A DNA stretch of 64,000 nucleotides from the NCBI GenBank assembly GCA_002269645.1, contig NIVC01000432.1:124001-188000 (forward strand). The letters run 5' to 3'. Of the stretch, positions 23,441 to 34,925 are shown one piece after another; the first letter of the stretch is position 1, and each line of letters starts with the position of its first letter. The stretch is from Macrostomum lignano (lineage: Eukaryota). The notes below the pieces were generated by a model. It was not told the DNA's origin. It ran no database searches and saw only the letters and a list, made by a program, of their open reading frames with translations. A program made the translations under genes and the position numbers.

Positions 23441-23819
23441 ACTTATACAAAAAGGCCACGATCTACGAGTCTAAAAGCGAGATCTACTCATCTAAAGTGG
23501 CACATTACTATACATGTAAAATGGCACTCTACTTTTCCATTTTAGACTGGTAAGTACTATACGAAGATAGTACTTTGTACTTAGTACTATCCAAAGCGGT
23601 GCTGTAGCTGTACTATAAAATAGCATGAAAGTACAACTGTGATCTAATAGAAATAAATTCAGCAATAGATCATTTCAATATTTTACAAGTAAGTCTGTCC
23701 GCATCATATTTTTTATGCCCAAATGTCCTAGAAAATAAGACTGTCAAAACGAAAACCGAAAATTTTAATAAAGCTAGCTGAAGTCTTATCACTGAATTGG
23801 GATTATAATTTCGTCCCAA

Positions 23820-24003
23820 TCCGCCCCCTCTCTCAAGACTTGTGTCTCTTCTCTTTCTCTCCTTTCCTTTCTCACCTTCTTTCTCCCCTCCTCTCCCCCT
23901 CACCTCTCTCATCTCCCTTTCTCATTTCCCCTCTCTCCTCTCTCCTCTCTCCTCTCTTCTCTTCTGTATGGCCCTGAAGTCGCAAAAGTTTGCCCAACCC
24001 CTG
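23820..24003. mobile_element. hAT-like MITE right end preceded by a CT-rich tract
   Basis: Ends in GTTTGCCCAACCCCTG, the reverse complement of a CAGGGGTTGGGCAAAC TIR typical of hAT elements. Confidence 0.5.
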
Positions 24004-25744
24004 AGCTAGATCCACTGTCAGTGCCAGTCATTTTCAGCGCAAAAACTCCAGCGCTAACGGCAGACGCTGTTGTAGTTGTAATAGCAGCAATGGTGACAGA
24101 CCAACCCTATTACTCTATCCAGCCAGTATTGAGTCCCGTCGGGGTTGTGAGTGAGTCAGAAATGGCTGACAGTGCGCAGTAAATTACAAAGAACATATAA
24201 GACACAGGGACACAGGGAGGGCAGAGAAGGGGCAGCTGCCCCCCCCCCTCTGTTGGCATTCAACAGTCGCTTAATACCTTATTTGGAGTTATGAGGCTCG
24301 ATTTCTAAGAAATGATATCAGTTGATCAGTGAAGCAATTATATCAAACAGGGGCAGGAGTTCATGCTCATTGTCCAGTCAGGATTATTAGATGTGTCCAT
24401 AAACTCCTGACCATGCTTGAAACATTGTTGCCTTCACATCTGGTTAATATAGTGCGCAACTATTTATAATAATCTGATCGTGACTTGACCTCTATAAGCT
24501 ATAACTTACCTTACAAGTTGAGATTCTGATGCTCAAACAGTATCGGAGGCTCTCTATAAGCGCAGCTTACTGGCTGCAGTAGCGACTAATACCCTGTCTG
24601 CTTTATATATTGTAGTACGACAAGAGCGCGCCAGTAATTTCTCGGAAATCCTAACTCGTCCCGCCCTGGCCGCTCATTCGCTGAAACCCGAAGTTCCCTT
24701 TTTTGAAGTTCAGTTTTATGCTAATAGTCCACAGAACAACTAGAATGTACATTAGTATAGTGTACACTGACCGCAACCCCCACCCCCTGGCCCTTACACT
24801 GTAGATGCGGATATAATGGTCACGTGACATCTGTAAATTCTACGATTAGCTGAAGATATATTTTAGCTTTAAAAAAGTGGTCGCATGCGTACGTACGGTG
24901 TGAGCTGTGAGACTTGTGAGTTGTATGGACAGCAATTGGTAGCTTGTACGCCTGTCATTGTGTTGTGCGTCTATCTGTCGCAAAAGCACAATTGCAGGCT
25001 TGCAGCTATAATATTTTAACTTTATACTGCGGGGCTAGATGAGAAAATCCTGGCGGTAGACAGCCACCCCACCCCGATTTGCATTTCTTGCATTCTTTTA
25101 TTTAGCTTGAACTTGAATTATTGTACATTAGAGTCTTACCCCGCGCGTACATTGTTGTATCAGTACATGCATAGACTGTACAATGTGCATGGCGCGCTCT
25201 TACAGCAAAAACTGGAACTTCGGTTTTATGCATGCGTGTTAGGCGGTACAACAACAGTACCGACTTACAAGGTTGCAAAGCAGTTGCACGCATGCACGAG
25301 CAGTGGAAAGATTGTACGAAAGTTAATATTAGCTTCCAAATTTAGCCATGCCGTCAGTCAGGTCATCAATAATTGCATCAAAAATATTTTCCGACCTAAA
25401 CATTGTGACACAAAGCTCGTTGTTCCTTGTTTCTGTGCTCTTCTATCGATTAATTGCTATAATTGCCAGTGCTATTAATAGTTTTGACGAGTATTTAGTA
25501 GAACGAAAGTTCCTTTATTCATGCCTTAAGCTATGCACATGTCAAAATTTGGTGCAAACGTACCTGGCTGCACTACTACACAACGACAGCCAGAAGCTGA
25601 GTTGAAGACCTGCGGGTCAATTTACATGTACATGTGCAAAGTACGCGATATAAATCGTAACTAAATGTATAACAGCAGAGCTGGAGTACTTCATTCTTTC
25701 GGATCTAAAAATCGGTCGACATAGAAACCTCATTTAATTAATAT

Positions 25745-26782
25745 CGCCATCTGACCCATCAAACCCACTAGAATCGCCACCTGACCCACTAAAATCGCCA
25801 TCTGACCCACTAAAATCACCATATGACCCACTAGAATCGTCATCTGACCCACCAAATCCACTAAAATCACAATCTGACCCACCAAATCCACTAAAATCAC
25901 AATCTGACCCACCAAATCCACTAAAATCACCATCTGACCCACCAAATCCACTAAAATCACAATCTGACCCACCAAATCCACTAAAATCACAATCTGACCC
26001 ACCAAATCCACTAAAATCACAATCTGACCCACCAAATCCACTAAAATCACCATCTGGCCCACCAAATCCACTAAAATCACAATCTGACCCACCAAATCCA
26101 CTAAAATCACAATCTGACCCACCAAATCCACTAAAATCACCATCTGACCCACCAAATCCACTAAAATCACAATCTGACCCACCAAATCCACTAAAATCAC
26201 AATCTGACCCACCAAATCCACTAAAATCACCATCTGACCCACCAAATCCACTAAAATCACAATCTGACCCACCAAATCCACTAAAATCACAATCTGACCC
26301 ACCAAATCCACTAAAATCACAATCTGACCCACCAAATCCACTAAAATCACAATCTGACCCACCAAATCCACTAAAATCACCATCTGGCCCACCAAATCCA
26401 CTAAAATCGCCATCTGACCCACTACGAGCGCGTAAAATCACCATCTGACCCACTGAAATCACCATCTGACCCACTAAAATCACCATCTGACCCACCAAAT
26501 CCACTAAAATCACCATATGACCCACTGAAATCACCATCTGACCCACTAAAATCACCATATGACCCACTGAAATCACCATCTGACCCACTAAAATCACCAT
26601 CTGACCCACCAAATCCACTAAAATCACCATATGACCCACTAAAATCACCATCTGACCCACTAAAATCGCCATCTGACCCACCAAATCCACTAAAATCACC
26701 ATATGACCCACTGGAATCGTCATCTGACCCACCAAATCCACTAAAATCGCAGAATCCACTAAAATCGCCATCTGACCCATCA
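25745..26782. repeat. 30/21-bp minisatellite
   Basis: CCACTAAAATCACAATCTGACCCACCAAAT repeated. Confidence 0.93.
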
Positions 26783-27502
26783 AACACAAAACAAAATCGT
26801 AGCTCCTCTGACTCCTATAAAATTACTCCTGACTCAACTCTCGTTCGTTTCACATTACTTACACCTCATTTAAAATATTTCTACGGATTTCTTGCATATT
26901 ACGAAAAAACATTACTCATCTACTTAAAAATAGTCGAAGTCCTACTTAAAGTACTTATGAAATGAGTCATGAATTTTAATTGGCATTGCTGAGTACGCGC
27001 TTGCATGCGAGATAACACGGCATGTACATGCAGAAAAGCAAAACCGAATTTTGAATTAATTGATATGAGTTGCTGCGCGCACCTCGGGTCTGTCTAGCTC
27101 GGTTGCTGCTAACTACGCTGGATTTTTTAAGTTCGGTAGGTGGAAGGTGCAGAATTACACAAGCGCGTAGGCGGGCGCGCTGCACAGAAACGGTCAGCTG
27201 TGTTTATAGATAATGACAATTTGACAAAACTATTAGCTGCATGTATAAGATTTAGTGTTGTAAACTTGTGTCTAAATGTTATTTTTAATCATAACTGAAT
27301 TTCTACTGTTCATATGCACTACATTTTTTTGAGAATTGGTGCTTGTTAGAACTTATTTTGGCGCTATATTTGGCGCCCTAAAGCGAAGTTTGACTTCCAC
27401 AATGGGCAACAAGGTGGGGTGGGGGGAACTAAGCTTCATTGGCATGTCCCCCCTGTCCCCCGCGATGGCGACGCCTCTGATGAGATGTACATGTACATAT
27501 TG

Positions 27503-27804
27503 CATAATAATAAGAATAATTTATTACACCTGCCTTAATGGCCAGATGCGCAACCGACAGCTCAGCCGCAGCTATTGCGCGGCGCATCTGAAGGCTGCGT
27601 ACGGCTGTTCAGTCCAAGGACTGGGGGGTCGCCATCCTAAATTACCCCAGCTAATGCAGGCACCGATTTTACAGCTGGGTGAACTGAAGCAATGCAAAGT
27701 TGTGTCTTGCTTAAGGACACAAATTGTTCCAGTGGGTCGAGAGTCGAACCCCCGACCTTCGATCAAGTTGAGTCCGACGCTCTAACCACTAGGCTACAAC
27801 CCCC
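27503..27804 (-). mobile_element. tRNA-derived SINE with a CORE-like domain
   Basis: Head with A box TAGCCTAGTGGTTAGAGCG and B box GGTTCGACTC. Body GTGTCCTTAAGCAAGACAC...CTTCAGTTCACCCAGCTGTAAAAT resembles the CORE domain. (TTA)n-like tail. Confidence 0.75.
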
Positions 27805-28147
27805 TACTAGTGGTCATGCATGCAATATACATGTACTGTACAGACTACAGAGTACAATAATGCTTATATATTCGTAGATGTACAAATTAGTATAGTATCT
27901 GAATTACATGTGTACTGTACAAGGTCGAGACATGAATTTATTAGTAGCTTGTGCTAAAAATTAGATTGGCACCGTGCCATTGAGTCAATAAACAGTAAAC
28001 AGTAATATGACTCAAGCAATTGCGAGTAAAACAACTCAAAGCCGTCAGTTCTTGGTTTAAACTTCTTTTTTCCGACGAACAAGACAAATTAAATGAAGAC
28101 TTTGGATATAGCTACTTACTGAAATGAGTAGTACTAATGTGACTTGA

Positions 28148-28412
28148 TGGCGCTAAAAAGAGTGTCTGCAGCGCTAAAATGAGTGCATGCGGCGCTAAAA
28201 TGAGTGCCTGCGGCGCTAAAATGAGTGCATGCGGCGCTAAAATGAGTGCCTGCGGCGCTAAAATGAGTGCATGCGGCGCTAAAATGAGTGCATGCGGCGC
28301 TAAAATGAGTGCCTGCGGCGCTAAAATGAGTGCATGCGGCGCCAAGATGAGTGCCTGTGCCGCTAAGATGAGTGCCTGTGCCGCTAAGAGTGCCTGCGGC
28401 GCTAAAATGAAT
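28148..28412. repeat. 21-bp minisatellite
   Basis: GCGGCGCTAAAATGAGTGCCT repeated. Confidence 0.9.
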
Positions 28413-29447
28413 GCTGACAACACCAATTTTCAAAATTATGTACATGTAGGAATTTAGTCTGCATGTAAATGTAAAATATGTACATGTACACTCCTCATAG
28501 CTGTGAATTGCACAACTCAGCATCAGCAGCAAAAATTTTCATGCACACAAGCCAAAATACGCGTTTACCGCGCTGAGCTGCTCTGCCCCGGGGCCCGAAG
28601 CTTTACCCTACGTAAAAGAAGAAAGGCTGCAAATAATATAAAATGAAACTCAGAAATTAGCATATTAATAATAGCAGCTATTTTTGAGGTGGCCAACAGA
28701 AACGGTGCATCCTCCATCCCCCATTACGGAGCGATAAGGTACGCACAAATAAATCCGTAAGAATTCATCCATCCATCGCTTGTATATTTTTGTTAATATA
28801 CGCAAACAGTTATTCTTTTGGTAGTTGGTTGTGGCAAAAAGATAAAATCGAAATTCTTTCTACCACTACAGATGTTATTCATATATATTTAACTATTAAT
28901 ATAGAGTAAAATACGGTACTAAGTTTTTTAAAAGATTTGCTGGTAAAGGATTTATAAAGCTTGTTGTTGTCCACCCAGTATATGTGTTAATTCACAAAAC
29001 TGGCTAAACGATTCAGCACACACTACTGACAGCCTAAGTTTACATAGTAGTATATTAATTTATATTAAAATTAGAGCTACAAATACATTAACTAATAACA
29101 ATCAGATTAGAAAGTAAGACCTATTTTAATATATATAGCGTAGCAAAGTTCAGTAGTAGCTAACCCATATCTGAGACACAGAGAGAAAGGGAGGGAGGGA
29201 GTTGATGGAAACGGAAGCAACTAGTCAGTAGTATTTAGTCATTTCATTACGCGCTAAGTGTAAATAAAGTCCGCTAACTTGGTGAAGTTTGAGAAGCAAC
29301 GAAGCGGGGGAAAAAGCAACAGAAGAAGACGGTAAAGATCGGAGATACAGACAGAGAAGAATAGCCTAAATCAGTGTGTCTTTGTCAGCACTCTTAAACC
29401 GCAGGTCCCCCCTGCCCAAACAGTGTTTCACTAGCTAGACAGGCTGA

Positions 29448-32296
29448 TCAAGTGTAGAACTTCCTAGGCGGCCGATTCTTGTAGGCGATTTTTCGCGACT
29501 TCAAATAAGTAAACACGTGGCGCTTAGCGAACCAGCTGCAGGCCACCAGCACCAAAGTCCAGGGCAGGACCTTCAGCGCTATGCGTTTCCTATCGTCGTG
29601 CTCCATCTCGGACGTGAACGTCAGGAAAGTGGCGACGTCCTTGGCTAGCTGGCTCTGCGTAGCCGGCGTGCCGTCCTCGTACTCGATGATCTCGTTGTAC
29701 AGCGCCTGCGGATGGGTTGGTTGGCTTAGGCTTTGTTGCAACCGAATATGGCCTAGGAGGAATCTGTACTGTTTATCCACTAGATCACAAAAAACAAACG
29801 TCTGAAGGACGCTGCTTCTTATGAACTAAACTCAGATTTCCAGGAATCCCCCATCAACCCATCAACCATTCTTAATGACTCAATTCCCGATTTCCAGGAA
29901 TCCCAGACCTGATTTCCAGGAATTCCTTTCTCGATTTCCAGGAATTCCATTCCCGATTTCCAGGAATTCCATTCCCGATTTCCAGGAATTCCATTCCCGA
30001 TTTCCAGGAATTCCATTCCCGATTTCCAGGAATTCCATTCCCGATTTCCAGGAATTCCATTCCCGATTTCCAGGAATTCCATTCCCGATTTCCAGGAATT
30101 CCATTCCCGATTTCCAGGAATTCCATTCCCGATTTCCAGGAATTCCATTCCCGATTTCCAGGAATTCCATTCCCGATTTCCAGGAATTCCATTCCCGATT
30201 TCCAGGAATTCCATTCCCGATTTCCAGGAATTCCATTCCCGATTTCCAGGAATTCCATTCCCGATTTCCAGGAATTCCATTCCCGATTTCCAGGAATTCC
30301 ATTCCCGATTTCCAGGAATTCCATTCCCGATTTTCAGGAATTCCATTCCCGATTTCCAGGAATTCCATTCCCGATTTCAGGAAACCCATTTCTGATTTGA
30401 AGGAATCCCATTCTCGATTTCCAGGAATCCCATTCCCCGATTTCTAGGAATCCCATTCCCCGATTTCCAGGAATCCCATTCCCGATATCCAGGAATCCTG
30501 TTCCTGATTTCCAGGAATTCCAGCTCTGATTTCCAGGAATCCCAGTCCCGATTTCTAGAAATCCCATCCCCGATTTCCAGGAATCCCATTTCTGATTTCC
30601 AGGAATCCCATCCTGGGATTTCCAGCTACCCCATCCCCTATTTTCGTTTATCCCACCCTAATATCCAGGAAGTCTATCCATAGTATTCAGGAACTTCAAC
30701 CCCTATTTTCAGATATTAGCATTTATATCAGCATATCAGCATTAATCACAACATAAGCATCAGCATTGGGATTTTAATCCCAATTTCTAGGAATTTCAAT
30801 CACACATCGAAATAATCTCGTCCCCTTACTAATTCAGTAACCATACAGTCTGATTTATTTGAATCACAATGACCACACTATTTCCTAGATCCCAACACGT
30901 AAATAGCAATTGTAGTTCTGATACAGAATACAACGGAATTTAGACTAAAACTTCAGACTCCCAACCTGAGCCATAGCGATAGCGCCGCCAGGAAAGTACG
31001 GATTATAATAGAGGCCCTCGCCGACCAGCCGGCCCGCGGGCGGATCCATGTAGCCGGTCAACAGGTGGAACAGGTAGTCGGCGCCGCCGTGCCTGGCGGC
31101 CACGATGAAGCTCAGATCTGGCGGAGCGGCGCCACCGTTAGCAGCCTTGGCGGCCTCCACATTGGGATAGGGATTCGGGAAGAAGTCGCTCAGCTTGCCG
31201 GGCCGCTCGAACATCTGGCCAGTCTCGTCCGGCCCGTCCTGCACCTGGATCTCGGCGGCCTCGGCCTTGGCCTCCTCCTCAGTTAGGCAGACGCCAACAA
31301 GGTGACGGTAGGCGATGAACTTCATGCTGTGGCAGGCGGCGCACACCTGGGAGAGAGCGGCAATTTTAATGAGTTTTCTGGGTCATAGGGCGATTCTGTA
31401 CAGGTGGGTTGGGTCAGAGGGCGATTCTGTACAGGTGGGTTGGGTCAGAGGGCGATTCTGTACAGGTGGGTTGGGTCAGAGGGCGATTCTGTACAGGTGG
31501 GTTGGGTCAGAGGGCGATTCTGTACAGGTGGGTTGGGTCAGAGGGCGATTCTGTACAGGTGCGTAGGGTCAGAGGGCGATTCTGTACAGGTGCGTAGGGT
31601 CAGAGGGCGATTCTGTACAGGTGGGTTGAATCAGAGGGCGATTCTGTACAGGTGGGTTGAATCAGAGGGCGATTCTGTACAGGCAGGTTGGTTGGATCAG
31701 AGGGCGATTCTGTACAGGTGGGTTGAATCAGAGGGCGATTCTGTACAGGCAGGTTGGTTGGATCAGAGGGCGATTCTGTACAGAGATGATAAAGACTTGG
31801 CTTGGGTCAGAGGGCGATTCTGTACAGAGAGATTATAAAGACTTGGCTTGGGTCAGAGGGCGATTCTGTACAGAGAGATTATAAAGACTTGGCTTGGGTC
31901 AGAGGGCGATTCTGTACAGAGAGATATAAAGACTGCTTGGGTCAGAGGGCCTTTTTCGACACGATTGGGGTTCAGGTTTTTGACCTTCAAAATTAACATC
32001 AAACTTGATGAATTAACATTCAGAATCATTTGAGTTTTACTCAAAGTTAACTCAGAAGAACAATCTTAGAAACAAAAGCCCGAACAGACCTGCTTGAACA
32101 CAAAGTAGCCCCTGCGCACAGAAGCGGCATCAAGAGAGGAGAACCAGCCATTGTGCGACCAGGGCAAGTGAGACGAATGCAGCGTCAGCTCGGTGGCGAA
32201 TGCCGGCGTGCTCAAATAGAGAGCGGCGCCGCTTCCGGCGCCTAGCGCGCCAGCGGCCAGTGCGGCGCGTCTGCCTAATTGAAGCCAGCGACTCAT
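29448..32296 (-). CDS. CYC1: Cytochrome c1, mitochondrial, 281 aa. Exons 32296-32090, 31346-30966, 29705-29448.
   Basis: Transit peptide, PWSH...SVRRG, heme motif VCAACHSM split across exons 1-2, [33 protein letters not shown] and a C-terminal TM helix. Both GT-AG junctions are phase 0. Confidence 0.96.
29836..30640. repeat. 22-bp minisatellite, CYC1 intron 2
   Basis: TTTCCAGGAATTCCATTCCCGA; homogeneous core with degenerate edges. Confidence 0.95.
31385..31952. repeat. 31-bp minisatellite, CYC1 intron 1
   Basis: GGGTCAGAGGGCGATTCTGTACAGGTGGGTT repeated. Confidence 0.92.
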
Positions 32297-32432
32297 TGGG
32301 ACGCGAGTGGGTGACGAAACGGCAGCAAGAGGCGCGCGATTTGGATTAATGAACTAATGAATCGAACCCAGGCGGTGCATTTCCGGGAGAGTCAGACACG
32401 TTTATTGCTGCGCTAGTCTCCTCCTCCTAAGC

Positions 32433-32790
32433 CAGGGGTCGACAAACTTCGGTCTGCGAAACCTCTGTGGGCCCTCGGGTCCTTTGAAACTTCACAATAG
32501 CAATGCGGCGAGCTTAAGGCTTGTTTTCCCTCTTCTCTCCTCTATCCCCTCTCTCCCCCCTCTTCTCTCATCTATCCCCTCTCTTCTCTTTACCATCTTC
32601 TCTCATCTATCCCCTCTCTTCTCTCCCCTCTTTCCTCCCCTCTTTCCCCCATCTTCTCTCATTTATCCCTTCTCTTCTCTTCTCTCCTGTCTATTCTCTC
32701 CTCTCTCTTCCCTCTCTTCTTTTAATCTCTCATCCCATCTCTCGCCTCTCTCCTCTTCTCTCTCATCTCACCCTCTATTCCCTTTGCTCG
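32433..32790. mobile_element. hAT-like MITE left end followed by a CT-rich tract, between NAA10 and CYC1
   Basis: Starts CAGGGGTCGACAAACTTCGG. It complements the fragment at 23820-24003. Confidence 0.5.
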
Positions 32791-33135
32791 GAGCCAAGAG
32801 TTGGATTGTTTTTTTGTCACTTTATTTATAGTCCAGTCTATAAATAAATAAATAGGCAGAAACAAGGGCAAAATCGCATGCCTCATTATCCTCATTTATT
32901 CAAGATACAATGCGAGTACATCAGAAAAGGCAATTGCCAATTAATGATTATTTATAACTAGCTGAAACAATATTACAAAACTAAAATGTTAACAATTAAA
33001 CAATACCAATGAACAAACAGGGCTGCTAGCTAAAAGATGCTTAAACGCGATTACAAAAATTTCCCTCACAAATTTAGCATCGATATTTTCGCATTTCTAC
33101 TGTTAGTAGCCGCAATCGTGCCAAGACCACGGCTC

Positions 33136-34309
33136 TCACGGCTCAACAGCTTTGGCTTTGGCCGGTTTAACATCAAAATCGACGCCTTTCGGTCCGAACT
33201 TGTCCCAGAACTCACGCAGCATCCGTTTCATAGCGTAGGCGTCCTCGCCGTCGGCGTAATATTTCGGCTCGGTTTCGCTAATACGAAAGCCGAGCGTCTT
33301 TTTGTACAGCTGCAACGCTGCCCGATTGCTGACGCGGACGTGCAGCGACACGTAGCGAGCGTGGAAGCTCTCCACCATGGCGCGAGAGGCCTGAAGTGAT
33401 TGGGTGTCGCATTGCGTTTGACTAGCTTTGACTCGTTATTATACTTGGTTGATCAAGGTCACAGCAATGGAAATTTCTCTGTTTGTCAAGTTCCAAAGGG
33501 GAATTACACATCTGGTGATTTGGTGAAGGTCGAAATGGGAATTCCCCAGTTGGTCAAGGTTACTGCCATGGAAATTACCCAGTTAGTCAAGGTCGAAATG
33601 GGAATTCCCCATTTGGTCAAGGTCGAAATGTGAATTCTCTATTTGATCAAGGTCGAAATGGGAGTTTCATATTTGATCAAGGTCGAAAAGGGAATTCCCC
33701 ATTTGGTCAAGGTCGAAAGGGAAATTCCCCATTTGATTAAGCACGAAATGAGAATTCCCAAGCTGGTTGGTCAAGGTCGAAATTGGAATTCCCCAGTTAG
33801 TCAAGGTCGAAACGGGAATTCTCCAGTTAGTCAAGGTCGAAATGGGAATATTCCCCAATCGGTCAAGGTCACTGCCGTGAAATACCTCAGTTGGTCAAAA
33901 GGGATTCCACTATTGGTCAAGGTCCAAATTGGCATTTATTTCCTGATTTTTAGAACATTTCAGTGAGAATTTTCCTGACGGTTATGGACCATCTGTTCAA
34001 CCTATAGTAGTCATCATCAGTCCTACAGACCTGATCCATGAGCTTCTGCGCAATGCCTAATCGGCGATAATTTCGCTTGACAGCCAGCGAGGTAATGTGA
34101 CCGTGTGGCTGGTCCTCGGGGTCCTCCTCCATCTTTGCCAACACGTAGCCAACAATTTCGCCATCAAGATTCTCAGCTACGAATGATAACTGAGGCCAAG
34201 AGAGGCCGTGGTACAGATAATATTTCATCTGGTAATTTTCTGGCAAGCACTGCAGGTTGCAGTCCTGCATGTTCATCAGGTCAGCGGGCGTGGCATTTCG
34301 AATATTCAT
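33136..34309 (-). CDS. NAA10: N-alpha-acetyltransferase 10 (NatA catalytic subunit), 177 aa. Exons 34309-34031 and 33390-33136.
   Basis: MNIRNA...[10 protein letters not shown]...[22 protein letters not shown]|ASRAM...[13 protein letters not shown]...[11 protein letters not shown]. Phase-0 GT-AG intron. Confidence 0.96.
33520..33930. repeat. Degenerate minisatellite of about 30 bp, NAA10 intron
   Basis: GGTCAAGGTCGAAATGGGAATTCCCCATTT repeated. Confidence 0.8.
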
Positions 34310-34775
34310 TTTGCATGCAAGGTGTAGATAAAAATATGGATATTGATATATTCTCAAGGAGTTCTATTTTAGTCAAATGTTCTCCTAGATTTTCTATGCA
34401 TTTTGGTACCTGTGCATTTCAGTACCCCAGTTTTTATGTCAAAATAATAATAAAAATAATCCTATAACAAATATAATAATGAATTTACAAAAAAATAATG
34501 TTTCTAATAAAAGTAGTATCTATTTTGTTAAGCTGGCATGTTTTTTAAATTTAGAAAAATCCAATCAATTTAATTGCATGGCATGCTTCATTTGCTGTAT
34601 CCTATATATACAAATACAAGGCTGCACCTAGCAAGCATGCTATGAAGACTTAGTTAAGTAGAGATAAAAGCTATCAATGATATTGTATGCATTTTGATTG
34701 AAACTATCGAACTAGTCTATTTTAGTATTGATTTCTTGAATCACACAATCTTATATAAATTGAAACCATACATGC

Positions 34776-34925
34776 GCAACCTTGGGAATCACTCAGCCAT
34801 TTCTATTGGCAACACACATGTAAGTTGCTATTGGCTGAGAGCACTCACGTGATTACCATTTCATCCAATAATGACTTACATATGTGTGTTGCCAATAGAA
34901 ATGGCCAGGTGAATCCCTAGGTTGC
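34776..34925. repeat. Inverted repeat (arms about 50 bp) upstream of NAA10; MITE-like
   Basis: GCAACC..GGGAATCAC..GCCATTTCTATTGGCAACACACATGTAAGT versus ACTTACATATGTGTGTTGCCAATAGAAATGGC..GTGAATCCC..GGTTGC. Confidence 0.75.
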
